Source of the DNA: Acidobacteriota bacterium
GTDB lineage: Bacteria > Acidobacteriota > Blastocatellia > HR10 > JACQTD01
Length of the DNA: 45,452 nucleotides
Direction of reading: 5' to 3'
Assembly (NCBI GenBank): GCA_016210985.1
Contig: JACQTD010000111.1
Span: 1-45,452, forward strand
In this document: positions 26,048 through 33,297 of the stretch, piece by piece
Layout of the letters: the number at the start of each line of letters is the position of its first letter
How positions within the stretch are numbered: position 1 is the first letter of the stretch
Notes under the pieces: generated by a model
The model's input: only the letters and a program-made list of their open reading frames with translations
Told to the model about the DNA's origin: nothing
Database searches by the model: none
Program-made: the position numbers and the translations under genes

Positions 26048-27219
26048 AGATCACGTGGAGTGTTCCTGTGCGCGGCGAGCGTCTCGGCTCCAGTCGAGGT
26101 GATTTGGTGCGAGCCCAATATCTGATTGAAGCCTTGCAAGCCGACGGTCACGACGTGCGTGTGGTCGAGGATGGCTTGTCTTTCACGGTCCGGGCGTATC
26201 GCGGCGTAGTCCAACCTAGGCTACCGCGGCGAGTCGCGCTTATGTTGCGTGATATGGGCCGCTGGGTGCAGGGGTATCGGCACGGTCGCCGGGTTGCCGC
26301 AGCCGCGCGTGAGCAGAGGGCTGACGTGATCATCGAGACGCAGGTTCACTTCGCGGCATCGGGCGCATGGGCTTCGCGAATTACCGGCTTGCCGCTCGTG
26401 CTCGATGACTGTTCGCCGAGTTCCGAGGAAGGAGTCCTCGGCGTGGGCCTTCCAGGTCTCGCTCGCCACGTCCTAAAGCAGCAGACTAAGGCGGCGTCCA
26501 CGGTCATCGCGGTGTCATGGGCGATGTGCGCTGCGTTGCGTGCGGAAGGGATGCCGGCCGGCAAATTGCGCGTTGTGCCTAACGGCGTAAACATCGCGGC
26601 CTATGAAGGTGTCGATCGCCAGGCCGCGCGCGAGCGGCTGGGCTTGGGCGACCAGTGCGTGTTCGGCTTTATTGGCTCGTTCCAGCCCTGGCATGAGGTG
26701 GAGCTTCTGATCGAAGCCTTCGCACGGCTGGTGGACGACTACCGGGTTCACCTGGTTCTTGTTGGAGACGGACCGGGTCGCGAATCCGCATTGGCGGCCA
26801 GCCATCGCCTGGGTGTAAGCGATCGTGTCACGGCAGTCGGCGCGGTCCCGCCCTCCGATGTGCCCGAGCTGGTCTGTGCGTTTGACGTTGGCGTCCTGCC
26901 GGGGAGCAATGACTACGGCCACCCCATGAAACTCACGGAGTACGCGGCCGGAGGCGTGGCGTCGGTCGCGGCCGATCTGCCTCCCGTCCATGAGGTCCTT
27001 CAGGACGGTTTGACTGGACTGCTTTTTCCGCCGGGGAATGTGGATGCGCTCGCGGCAGCGCTCAGGCAGCTGGCGGTCGACGACCAACTGCGTGGGCGTC
27101 TGGGAGCCTGTGCTCGTGGCCGAGTGGCGTATGGGACGGCCTGGACGGACCGCGCGCGCGCCCTCGCCGCTTACGCCGCTTCGAACGGTTGGAGGGAGGA
27201 AGTCCGAACATCGATATGA
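26044..27219 (+). CDS. GT4-family glycosyltransferase
   Basis: An ATGA junction overlaps the previous gene. The C-terminal half has a GT-B pattern (FGFIGSFQPWHEVE...LVLVGDGP...PMKLTEYAAGGVASVA). Confidence 0.75.
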   Translation: MKITWSVPVRGERLGSSRGDLVRAQYLIEALQADGHDVRVVEDGLSFTVRAYRGVVQPRLPRRVALMLRDMGRWVQGYRHGRRVAAAAREQRADVIIETQVHFAASGAWASRITGLPLVLDDCSPSSEEGVLGVGLPGLARHVLKQQTKAASTVIAVSWAMCAALRAEGMPAGKLRVVPNGVNIAAYEGVDRQAARERLGLGDQCVFGFIGSFQPWHEVELLIEAFARLVDDYRVHLVLVGDGPGRESALAASHRLGVSDRVTAVGAVPPSDVPELVCAFDVGVLPGSNDYGHPMKLTEYAAGGVASVAADLPPVHEVLQDGLTGLLFPPGNVDALAAALRQLAVDDQLRGRLGACARGRVAYGTAWTDRARALAAYAASNGWREEVRTSI

Positions 27220-28403
27220 TCGAACTGGTCTTTTTCTCCTGTCTGGCCATCTGCGCTTACGTCTACTTTGGCTATCCGCTCCTGTTGGCGGTCATCGCTG
27301 CGCTACGGCGGCGTGACGTAGGCAAGAATGCCGTTACACCCTCCGTCAGCGTGATCATCGCTGCACACAATGAAGAGCGGGTCATGGCCGGGAAATTAGA
27401 GAACACCCTGAGCCTGGACTATCCCAAGGATCGATTCGAAATCATCGTTGGATCCGACGGTTCTAACGACAGGACCAACGAAATCATCGGTGCGTATGAA
27501 ACGAAGGGCGTGCGTGCGTTGTTGCTGCCTCGATGTGGCAAATTGCACGCCCTGAATGCAGCCGTAGCGGTTGCGACCCATGAGATTGTTGTTTTCACGG
27601 ATGCCAATGCCCTCCTCGAAAGATCCGCGCTGCGCGCATTGGCAGCCAACTTCTCTGACCCTGAGGTGGGAGGCGTCTGTGGTAATCAGAAATATCGTCG
27701 AACGCAGAACGGTGATTGCGCGGGTGAAGGTGAGAACCTTTACTGGCGCTACGACAAACTCATTAAGCGTCTCGAATGTCGGATCGGCAGCATTGTCGCC
27801 GCCGACGGGTCACTCTACGCCATTCGAAAGCGTCTCTTTGCGCCGATCGCCGATCCAGCACAGGCAGACGATTTTGCCATCTCGGCCCGGGTGGTGACGC
27901 AGGGCTCTCGTCTCGTGTTTGAAACCGGCGCTGTGTCGTATGAGGATCCCCCGAATTCAAGTGAGCGAGAGTTTTGGCGCAAAGTCCGGGTGAACAATCA
28001 CGGCATGCGAAGCATTGTGAATTTAAAGGAGGCCCTCAAACCGTGGCGCACCGGGATCTATGCGATTGAGCTTTGGTCGCACAAAGTGCTTCGCTATTTG
28101 GCGCCGCTCTTCCTGCTGATCGCTTTCGGAGCCAATGCCGTGCTGGCGCAAGGATCGCGCTTCTTTCAACTCTTGCTCCTTGGGCAGCTTTTGTTTTACG
28201 GCGGCGCGGCGATGGGCTACAAGCTCCGTCATCAGCGATGGGGACGGATCAGGCTTTTCTACGTGCCGTTCTACTTTTGCCTGGGCAACGCGGCAGCGCT
28301 GGTCGGCATGGCATCTCTGCTCAGAGGAGAACGGATCATATCATGGCAGCCGCATCGAGAATTCGATCATGCTCGGGAGGTGGAGACCAGATATGAAGTC
28401 TAG
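27216..28403 (+). CDS. GT2 glycosyltransferase with C-terminal transmembrane segments
   Basis: The ATG at 27216 overlaps the previous stop (ATGA), with GGAGGGAGG upstream. Motifs are VSVIIAAHNEE...IIVGSDGSNDRT...VVFTDANA. The C-terminal helices are hydrophobic. Confidence 0.8.
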   Translation: MIELVFFSCLAICAYVYFGYPLLLAVIAALRRRDVGKNAVTPSVSVIIAAHNEERVMAGKLENTLSLDYPKDRFEIIVGSDGSNDRTNEIIGAYETKGVRALLLPRCGKLHALNAAVAVATHEIVVFTDANALLERSALRALAANFSDPEVGGVCGNQKYRRTQNGDCAGEGENLYWRYDKLIKRLECRIGSIVAADGSLYAIRKRLFAPIADPAQADDFAISARVVTQGSRLVFETGAVSYEDPPNSSEREFWRKVRVNNHGMRSIVNLKEALKPWRTGIYAIELWSHKVLRYLAPLFLLIAFGANAVLAQGSRFFQLLLLGQLLFYGGAAMGYKLRHQRWGRIRLFYVPFYFCLGNAAALVGMASLLRGERIISWQPHREFDHAREVETRYEV

Positions 28404-29445
28404 AAGATTCTGGACCACCGTCGGTGCCGCTTGCATCCTCGTTGCGCAGGTGGGGAGAGCCCATGGCTTACCTCAGCAGGATCCGGCCGCTTCGAAACCC
28501 AGCGCCAAACCTCCATCTTCGAACCAGGCTGGCCGTGAGCAGGATGTGCTAGCGGATCCCCAGCGCGACGAAAGTCCGGAGGTAAAGATCCGCCTACCCA
28601 CAGCACGGCAGGGCCGCTATCGATTTGAGCTTGGTGTACTGCCGAGATATAATAGCAACTTGTTCGAAGCGACCGGCGGCGCGCCACGCCAGGTTGATTT
28701 TATCACGACGTTATCAGCGAAGTTTGGAGCCGACCTCTTTCGGAGGGGGACGACGGCGCTGACGAGCGAGTTCCAGTTTCGCCGACATACCTACGATAGA
28801 GTGAACCAGGCTGACTCGTCCAATTTTGATGTCGCGCTTGGGTATGAGTCAGGTCGATCCAGGCTAGAACTTACATATTTCTCCACGCCGAGGCGACTGG
28901 CGTTCATCTCGGGAACCCAAAACGTCTTTAACAGTGTAAATGGGGTCGAGGTAGAGTACTCGCGACCATTGACCCGTCGTAGCCGTGTGCGAGGCAGCTA
29001 TGAATTCGCACGCGAGATCTATTCTGTTCTCAAGGACCGAGATGCCGGAAGAAACAAGTTCAGCGCAGATGTTCGCTATCGCGTTCACCAGGCGCTGGTT
29101 CCCGGGATCGGCTTCGAATGGGAGCGTGTCGATGCGCAATCAGAGAATTTTGCCCGCCGTGGAGCCGCCCTCGTGCTGCTGCTAAACAGTCAAATCAAAG
29201 ACGTTGCCTGGATGAGCATCCGCTACCGTTACACGGAGAGAGATTACACTAGCATCGATCCGACAGCCGGCAATTCCGGCCGCAACGACCGACGACACGA
29301 TATTCGTTTCTATTCCAACATTAAGCTTACCAAGCGATGGTCGCTTTTCGTCTATAATTCATACACGAACAACCGTTCGACTCGTGCGCGCCGCACCTTC
29401 ACAGGCGATGAGCTGGGCATCGGGACTTTCTTTCGGTTCCCGTAA
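28393..29445 (+). CDS. Putative outer-membrane beta-barrel protein (possible polysaccharide export component)
   Basis: The signal peptide is MKSRRFWTTVGAACILVAQVGRAHG. The sequence has an alternating Tyr/Arg-rich beta-strand pattern and an aromatic-rich C-terminus (GIGTFFRFP). No Wza/OPX motif is recognised. Confidence 0.5.
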   Translation: MKSRRFWTTVGAACILVAQVGRAHGLPQQDPAASKPSAKPPSSNQAGREQDVLADPQRDESPEVKIRLPTARQGRYRFELGVLPRYNSNLFEATGGAPRQVDFITTLSAKFGADLFRRGTTALTSEFQFRRHTYDRVNQADSSNFDVALGYESGRSRLELTYFSTPRRLAFISGTQNVFNSVNGVEVEYSRPLTRRSRVRGSYEFAREIYSVLKDRDAGRNKFSADVRYRVHQALVPGIGFEWERVDAQSENFARRGAALVLLLNSQIKDVAWMSIRYRYTERDYTSIDPTAGNSGRNDRRHDIRFYSNIKLTKRWSLFVYNSYTNNRSTRARRTFTGDELGIGTFFRFP

Positions 29446-29447
29446 TT

Positions 29448-29591
29448 CTAGACGGTCTTCTTTGCGCTAAAGACGTCGAAACGGTCTCGACCGTCGTGGT
29501 GATGAAGGCCCTCTGCCATTTGGCTGCGGGCGGAATTGCCTGTACAGAGAATGAGGACGCGCCAGCGCTCAGGCCCGGGATTTGACGGCAT
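29448..29591 (-). pseudogene. arsC: N-terminal stub of LMW-PTP-type arsenate reductase ArsC
   Basis: [33 protein letters not shown] contains the CTGNSxRS P-loop. The frame stops after about 47 aa, 2 nt from the stop of the convergent beta-barrel gene. Confidence 0.6.
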
Positions 29592-30468
29592 AGACCCGGA
29601 CGCTCGCGGCGTATTCGTTGATGTTATGTTCGCGCAGCCGGTCGGCCAGCCGGCCATGGGCGAGGGCATCCGTGTCGGACGTGCCGCCTGGCGAACAGCA
29701 GCCGGAGGAAATCACGGGCATCGACTCGGACGATGAGGGCGGTGCCGAGCAACCCGACTGATTTTCGAGCTTCGAGTAGGTGTTGAGATCGGCTCCGGTG
29801 TCGATTACTTCGACCTGGGAGAGGCCGGCCGCGATCAGGCGTTGCCGATAGTCCTCGATCTCCAGCGCACCGGCGACGCAACCGACGTAAGCCAGCAGGT
29901 CGCGGGCAATTTCCCCCGGCAGCGGTTGTTTGAGCGCGATATCGCTCACCGCCAGCCGGCCGCCCGGTTTGAGCACCCGCGAAATCTCGCGAAAGACCGC
30001 CTGCTTGTCGGGCGCGAGATTGATGACACAGTTGCTGATCACACAGTCGACGGAACCGTCGGGCAGGGGAATCCGGTCGATCGTGGACAAGTGGAACTCG
30101 ACATTCTTCAGGGACCGGCCTCCAACGTCTTTTACGGCGTTCCTTCGGGCCAGGTCGATCATCTCGGGGGTCATATCGATTCCAATGGCGCGCCCCGTCG
30201 GGCCGACCTTTTCCGCGGCAATGAAGACGTCCAGCCCTCCGCCGCAGCCGAGATCCACAACGGTTTCGCCCGGCCGGAGATAGGCATGAGCTATGGGGTT
30301 ACCGCAGGAGAGCCCCATGTTGGCTTCCGCGGGGATCGAGGCCAGCTCCTCGGGGGTGTATCCGAACGCTTCCGCTACCTCGCGAACACCCTCTCGATCG
30401 CTCGAGAGGCCCTGGGTCGCGATCGAGCCATATCTTGTTTGAACTGCTTCGATGATCTCCTTGGACAT
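29569..30468 (-). CDS. arsM: Arsenite S-adenosylmethionine methyltransferase
   Basis: Motifs are VQTRYGSIA...[20 protein letters not shown], the SAM motif [28 protein letters not shown] and [13 protein letters not shown]. The C-terminal tail is Cys-rich. Confidence 0.85.
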   Translation of the reverse strand: MSKEIIEAVQTRYGSIATQGLSSDREGVREVAEAFGYTPEELASIPAEANMGLSCGNPIAHAYLRPGETVVDLGCGGGLDVFIAAEKVGPTGRAIGIDMTPEMIDLARRNAVKDVGGRSLKNVEFHLSTIDRIPLPDGSVDCVISNCVINLAPDKQAVFREISRVLKPGGRLAVSDIALKQPLPGEIARDLLAYVGCVAGALEIEDYRQRLIAAGLSQVEVIDTGADLNTYSKLENQSGCSAPPSSSESMPVISSGCCSPGGTSDTDALAHGRLADRLREHNINEYAASVRVYAVKSRA

Positions 30469-30499
30469 GTTTTCTCTCCTGTTTGTCTAGTTTTCCAGT

Positions 30500-30718
30500 T
30501 CAAATGCGGAACGCTACCGCGTTCGAAGGTGGATGGTCGCATTGGACGATGATCGGTATGCTGGTCGTGCCTGCATGAAATCGATAAATCGCCGCTTCGA
30601 CGCCTGGAACGAACCGCCCGAGCGAGACGCCTACCAGCATGGCCAGAAAGATCCAAAGGGTCAGATATCGGTCCAGGAAGGAGAGCCCCGACGCCCTGTT
30701 ATCCCTGTGCTCGTTCAT
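30500..30718 (-). pseudogene. acr3: N-terminal stub (about 70 aa) of an ACR3-family arsenite efflux transporter
   Basis: LSFLDRYLTLWIFLAMLVGVSLGRFVPGV...GTTSIPI matches the ACR3 N-terminus. The sequence then diverges and stops, so about 280 aa are missing before arsM. Confidence 0.65.
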
Positions 30719-30748
30719 TCAGCCGTCCTCGAATACCCCGCTTCCGAA

Positions 30749-30776
30749 CGTCACATTCGGCTCAGCGAATGTGACG
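30749..30776. promoter_or_regulatory. Perfect 11-6-11 inverted repeat, candidate ArsR operator
   Basis: The arms are CGTCACATTCG (30749-30759) and CGAATGTGACG (30766-30776), separated by gctcag. The site lies in the divergent arsR / acr3-arsM intergenic region. A third CGAATGT half-site sits at 30809-30815. Confidence 0.45.
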
Positions 30777-30817
30777 GCATCATAGACCCGTTCAACATAT
30801 CTGTCAAGACGAATGTA

Positions 30818-30845
30818 TTGAAAAGTGATACCATCTCCGTATCAT
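30818..30845 (+). promoter_or_regulatory. Candidate arsR promoter TTGAAA-N16-TATCAT
   Basis: TTGAAA lies at 30818-30823 and TATCAT at 30840-30845. If this promoter is used, the arsR start would be ATG 30871 rather than 30844. Confidence 0.3.
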
Positions 30846-31284
30846 GGCGACCGGACATGGCGTATTCAACATGGAGCGGCTCTTTCGCGCGCTGGCGGAC
30901 CGCACGCGGCTCCGGCTCTTAAACCTGATATCCGAAGGGGAAGTCTGCGTCTGTTTCTTCGTGGAGGTGCTGGGAACCCCGCAGCCGAAAATCTCGCGGC
31001 ATCTCGCGTATTTGCGGCGCGCGGGGATTGTGGCGGCGCGGCGGGAAGGGAAGTGGATGCACTACCGGCTGGCTCCGCCGAAGGACCTCCTGGTATCACG
31101 GATTCTGACGGAAGTCAGGTCCTGGCTTGCGGAGGATCGGGAGATGCAACTCGACCGAGCCCGGCTCGTGAAGGTCTGCTGTTCTCCTGGAGTTCCACTC
31201 CGGCTGCAGGCCGCGCCCCGTCCTGCAAGCCTCTCGGGTGAATCCCGGACAGCGGAACACCGAAACAGACGACTCGCACGCTGA
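30844..31284 (+). CDS. arsR: ArsR/SmtB-family metalloregulator
   Basis: The sequence LADRTRLRLLNLISEGEVCVCFFVEVLGTPQPKISRHLAYLRRAGIV carries the CVC As(III)-binding motif and a winged HTH. The start is either 30844 or 30871. Confidence 0.8.
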   Translation: MATGHGVFNMERLFRALADRTRLRLLNLISEGEVCVCFFVEVLGTPQPKISRHLAYLRRAGIVAARREGKWMHYRLAPPKDLLVSRILTEVRSWLAEDREMQLDRARLVKVCCSPGVPLRLQAAPRPASLSGESRTAEHRNRRLAR

Positions 31285-31364
31285 ACCGGCTGGAAAGTCA
31301 AGCGCTAACGCCGTGAACGCCGAGCTGAAAAAAACGTCGAAGTATCGATGGTGGAGGCGGGCTT

Positions 31365-31477
31365 TTTGGAGTGCGCCGGCAAAGCGGAGCGGCGACGGCG
31401 CTTTGAGGTGGCTGCGACGGTTCCGATCTCAGCCAAAGCGGGGTCGGCGCCGAAGCGGCTTGCCCCCGCACTCCAAA
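31365..31477. repeat. Imperfect palindromic intergenic element of about 113 bp (two arms of about 45 bp)
   Basis: The left arm TTTGGAGTGCGCCGGCAAAGCGGAGCGGCGACGGCGCTTTG mirrors the right arm CAAAGCGGGGTCGGCGCCGAAGCGGCTTGCCCCCGCACTCCAAA. The terminal 11 bp are perfectly complementary (31365-31375 and 31467-31477). Confidence 0.5.
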
Positions 31478-31582
31478 GTGGGTGGGCGCTTCGGGTGCAG
31501 ACCAACCCACAACCGGCCCGGGCGAGCGGTTGACGGCGCCTTGCTTCCGTAATACCCTTGTAATCCTAGGTATCAATTCAGA

Positions 31583-31912
31583 ATGGACATCGATAAGGAA
31601 CTGCTCAAAGGGAGCGTTTCGCTCCTGATCCTCCGGCTGCTCTCACAGCGGGAGATGTACGGCTACGAGATCATCCGGGAGGCGAGCCGGCGGAGCGATC
31701 GCGCGTTTGAATTCAAGGAGGGCACGCTTTATCCGGCCCTGCATCTATTGGAGCGAAAGGGGTACCTGCGTTCAGCCTGGCGGACGGGAGAAAACGGACG
31801 CCGGCGAAAATATTATGCCTTGACCGCGAGGGGGCGGAAGCGGGCTGAGTCGAGCCGGCGGGGATGGGCGGTTTTCACCCGGGCGATTAACGCCGTATTG
31901 ATGGAGCCCTGA
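31583..31912 (+). CDS. padR: PadR-family transcriptional regulator
   Basis: LLKGSVSLLILRLLSQREMYGYEIIREASRRSD..FEFKEGTLYPALHLLERKGYL...RRKYYALTARG is a canonical PadR winged helix. Confidence 0.85.
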   Translation: MDIDKELLKGSVSLLILRLLSQREMYGYEIIREASRRSDRAFEFKEGTLYPALHLLERKGYLRSAWRTGENGRRRKYYALTARGRKRAESSRRGWAVFTRAINAVLMEP

Positions 31913-31920
31913 ACATCGTC

Positions 31921-32724
31921 ATGGAAGCAGCCGAACAACTGATCGAAGCGACGCTCGAAGCGTCCGGCCTTCCCGGCGCATCGCGCCGTGCCGAGGTCGC
32001 CGAGGAGTTGCGATCCCACCTTGAGGAACTGGTTTCGGACGCCCGTCGGGAGGGACGCTCCGCCGACGAGATCGAACGCTTGATGACATCGCGTTTTGGA
32101 TCCCCCTTTGGGATCGGACAGGATTTTTCCCGGGTTTACAGGCTCGAACGGGTTGTCCGCCGGAGTCTGGCCTTTGGGCTGTTGGGCCTGGTTTCGCTCG
32201 GCGCCGTCTCCTTCTTCGTTTACGCGATTCAATGCTTGGTTTCACTGGGCCTCGGACTCCCGCCCGCATTGGTATTCGCGCCCCATCACTGGAGGTGGGA
32301 GAACGAACTGCTTTCGGGACTTACGCTGGGTTACCTCGGACTGTTCTTTATTGAACGGCTTTTCGAAGACAGAAGATTCGTCAAATCGGTAGCTCTGGTC
32401 GGCGGGCTTTTTGTTCTGGCGAGTCTGGCGAGTCAGGCTTGGTGGCCAGGTCACGGAATCGGCCTCGCCGTGGCCTTCTTCAGCGCCGTGCTCGTGCGAT
32501 TTCTTGAGGTGCATTGCTCCCGAGGCGCCTTGCGATTCGCGGCTATACTCCTGTTCTTTCTGGTACTCGGTGCGATCGCGCATCAGGGCGCGACGATCCC
32601 GGGCGCTCGTGTCTTCTGGCTTTTTGTCGGGCCCATCGGTCTCGCCGTGGCGCTCTCGTGCCAGATCCTCACGTCAATGGCCGCCCTGTTCGACCGCCAG
32701 ATACTGAAGGGAAAATTCGCATGA
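31921..32724 (+). CDS. PadR-associated membrane protein (DUF1700/HAAS-like N-terminus + 4-5 TM helices)
   Basis: The N-terminus (EELRSHLEELVSDARREGRSADEIERLMTSRFGSP) is typical of sensor partners of PadR. A hydrophobic C-terminal half follows. Confidence 0.6.
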   Translation: MEAAEQLIEATLEASGLPGASRRAEVAEELRSHLEELVSDARREGRSADEIERLMTSRFGSPFGIGQDFSRVYRLERVVRRSLAFGLLGLVSLGAVSFFVYAIQCLVSLGLGLPPALVFAPHHWRWENELLSGLTLGYLGLFFIERLFEDRRFVKSVALVGGLFVLASLASQAWWPGHGIGLAVAFFSAVLVRFLEVHCSRGALRFAAILLFFLVLGAIAHQGATIPGARVFWLFVGPIGLAVALSCQILTSMAALFDRQILKGKFA

Positions 32725-33191
32725 AAAAGTCCTTGACGCTTTTATTCGCGCTGCTCAGCCTCACGTGCCCTGGGGTCGAGGCCTCGGAGAAGCCCGACTT
32801 CAGTGGAACCTGGGTTCTGAATTCGATGAAGAGCAAGAATATGGGTTTTATCGCCGGGCTTCAGGCTACGGTAACCGTGAAGCAAACGGAGGATCAGCTT
32901 GTCATCGAGGAATCGTCAGCGTTCCTGGGTCAGCAACACAAACGGGAAATCCATTATGATCTCAAGGGGAAGATCATGCCCAACGAAGGGTCTCAGGGCG
33001 AGAAGTCCGAAACCGTTTCGAGTTGGGTTATGGAGAAACTGGTGACGACCTGGACCAATGACGGCGCCAATTCCGGCACGAAGATCACCAGAACCGAGAC
33101 CCGGTACCTCCGTCCCGACGGAAAAACAATGATCGTGGAATCCGCACGCGGGACGACTCCTCCGGTCATCATGCTTTTTGAGAAAATGTGA
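32721..33191 (+). CDS. Small secreted protein (beta-rich, lipocalin-like guess)
   Basis: The ATG at 32721 overlaps the previous stop (ATGA). The signal peptide is MKKSLTLLFALLSLTCPGVEA. No family is recognised with confidence. Confidence 0.55.
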   Translation: MKKSLTLLFALLSLTCPGVEASEKPDFSGTWVLNSMKSKNMGFIAGLQATVTVKQTEDQLVIEESSAFLGQQHKREIHYDLKGKIMPNEGSQGEKSETVSSWVMEKLVTTWTNDGANSGTKITRTETRYLRPDGKTMIVESARGTTPPVIMLFEKM

Positions 33192-33220
33192 GTCTGGAGC
33201 GGCCCAGCCTGCCTGGGCGT

Positions 33221-33283
33221 TCGTAGTCCCGGCTTCAGCCGGAAGTTCTGCCTCGGCACTACCCGCCTGAAGGCGGAACTACG
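33221..33283. terminator. Nested-hairpin element between convergent genes (possible bidirectional terminator or REP-like unit)
   Basis: An outer stem TCGTAGT/ACTACGA encloses two hairpins: CCGGC-TTCA-GCCGG (33229-33242) and CCGCC-TGAA-GGCGG (33263-33276). A further GCCCAG-CCTGC-CTGGGC hairpin lies at 33202-33218. Confidence 0.4.
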
Positions 33284-33297
33284 AGCCTGGACACCGG

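Larger units (their letters stand above)
16078..29445 (+). other. Wzx/Wzy-type exopolysaccharide or O-antigen-like biosynthesis locus (12 co-directional, mostly overlapping genes)
   Basis: It encodes an initiating sugar transferase, a Wzz-like protein, a Wzy/O-antigen-ligase-like protein, 3 x GT4, a GT2, a Wzx flippase, 2 kinase-like genes, a PLAT-like gene and a beta-barrel gene. Many junctions have overlapping stop/start codons (GTGA, ATGA, TTGA). Confidence 0.8.

Noticed and set aside
16051-29445. N-terminal extensions given by the ORF track for several EPS genes (16051, 16725, 17344, 18983, 27189, 28135).
   Set aside because: Internal starts with SD sequences and stop/start overlaps (16078, 16806, 17548, 19067/19151, 27216, 28393) fit the family N-termini and signal peptides. 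The extensions overlap the preceding genes and look non-coding.
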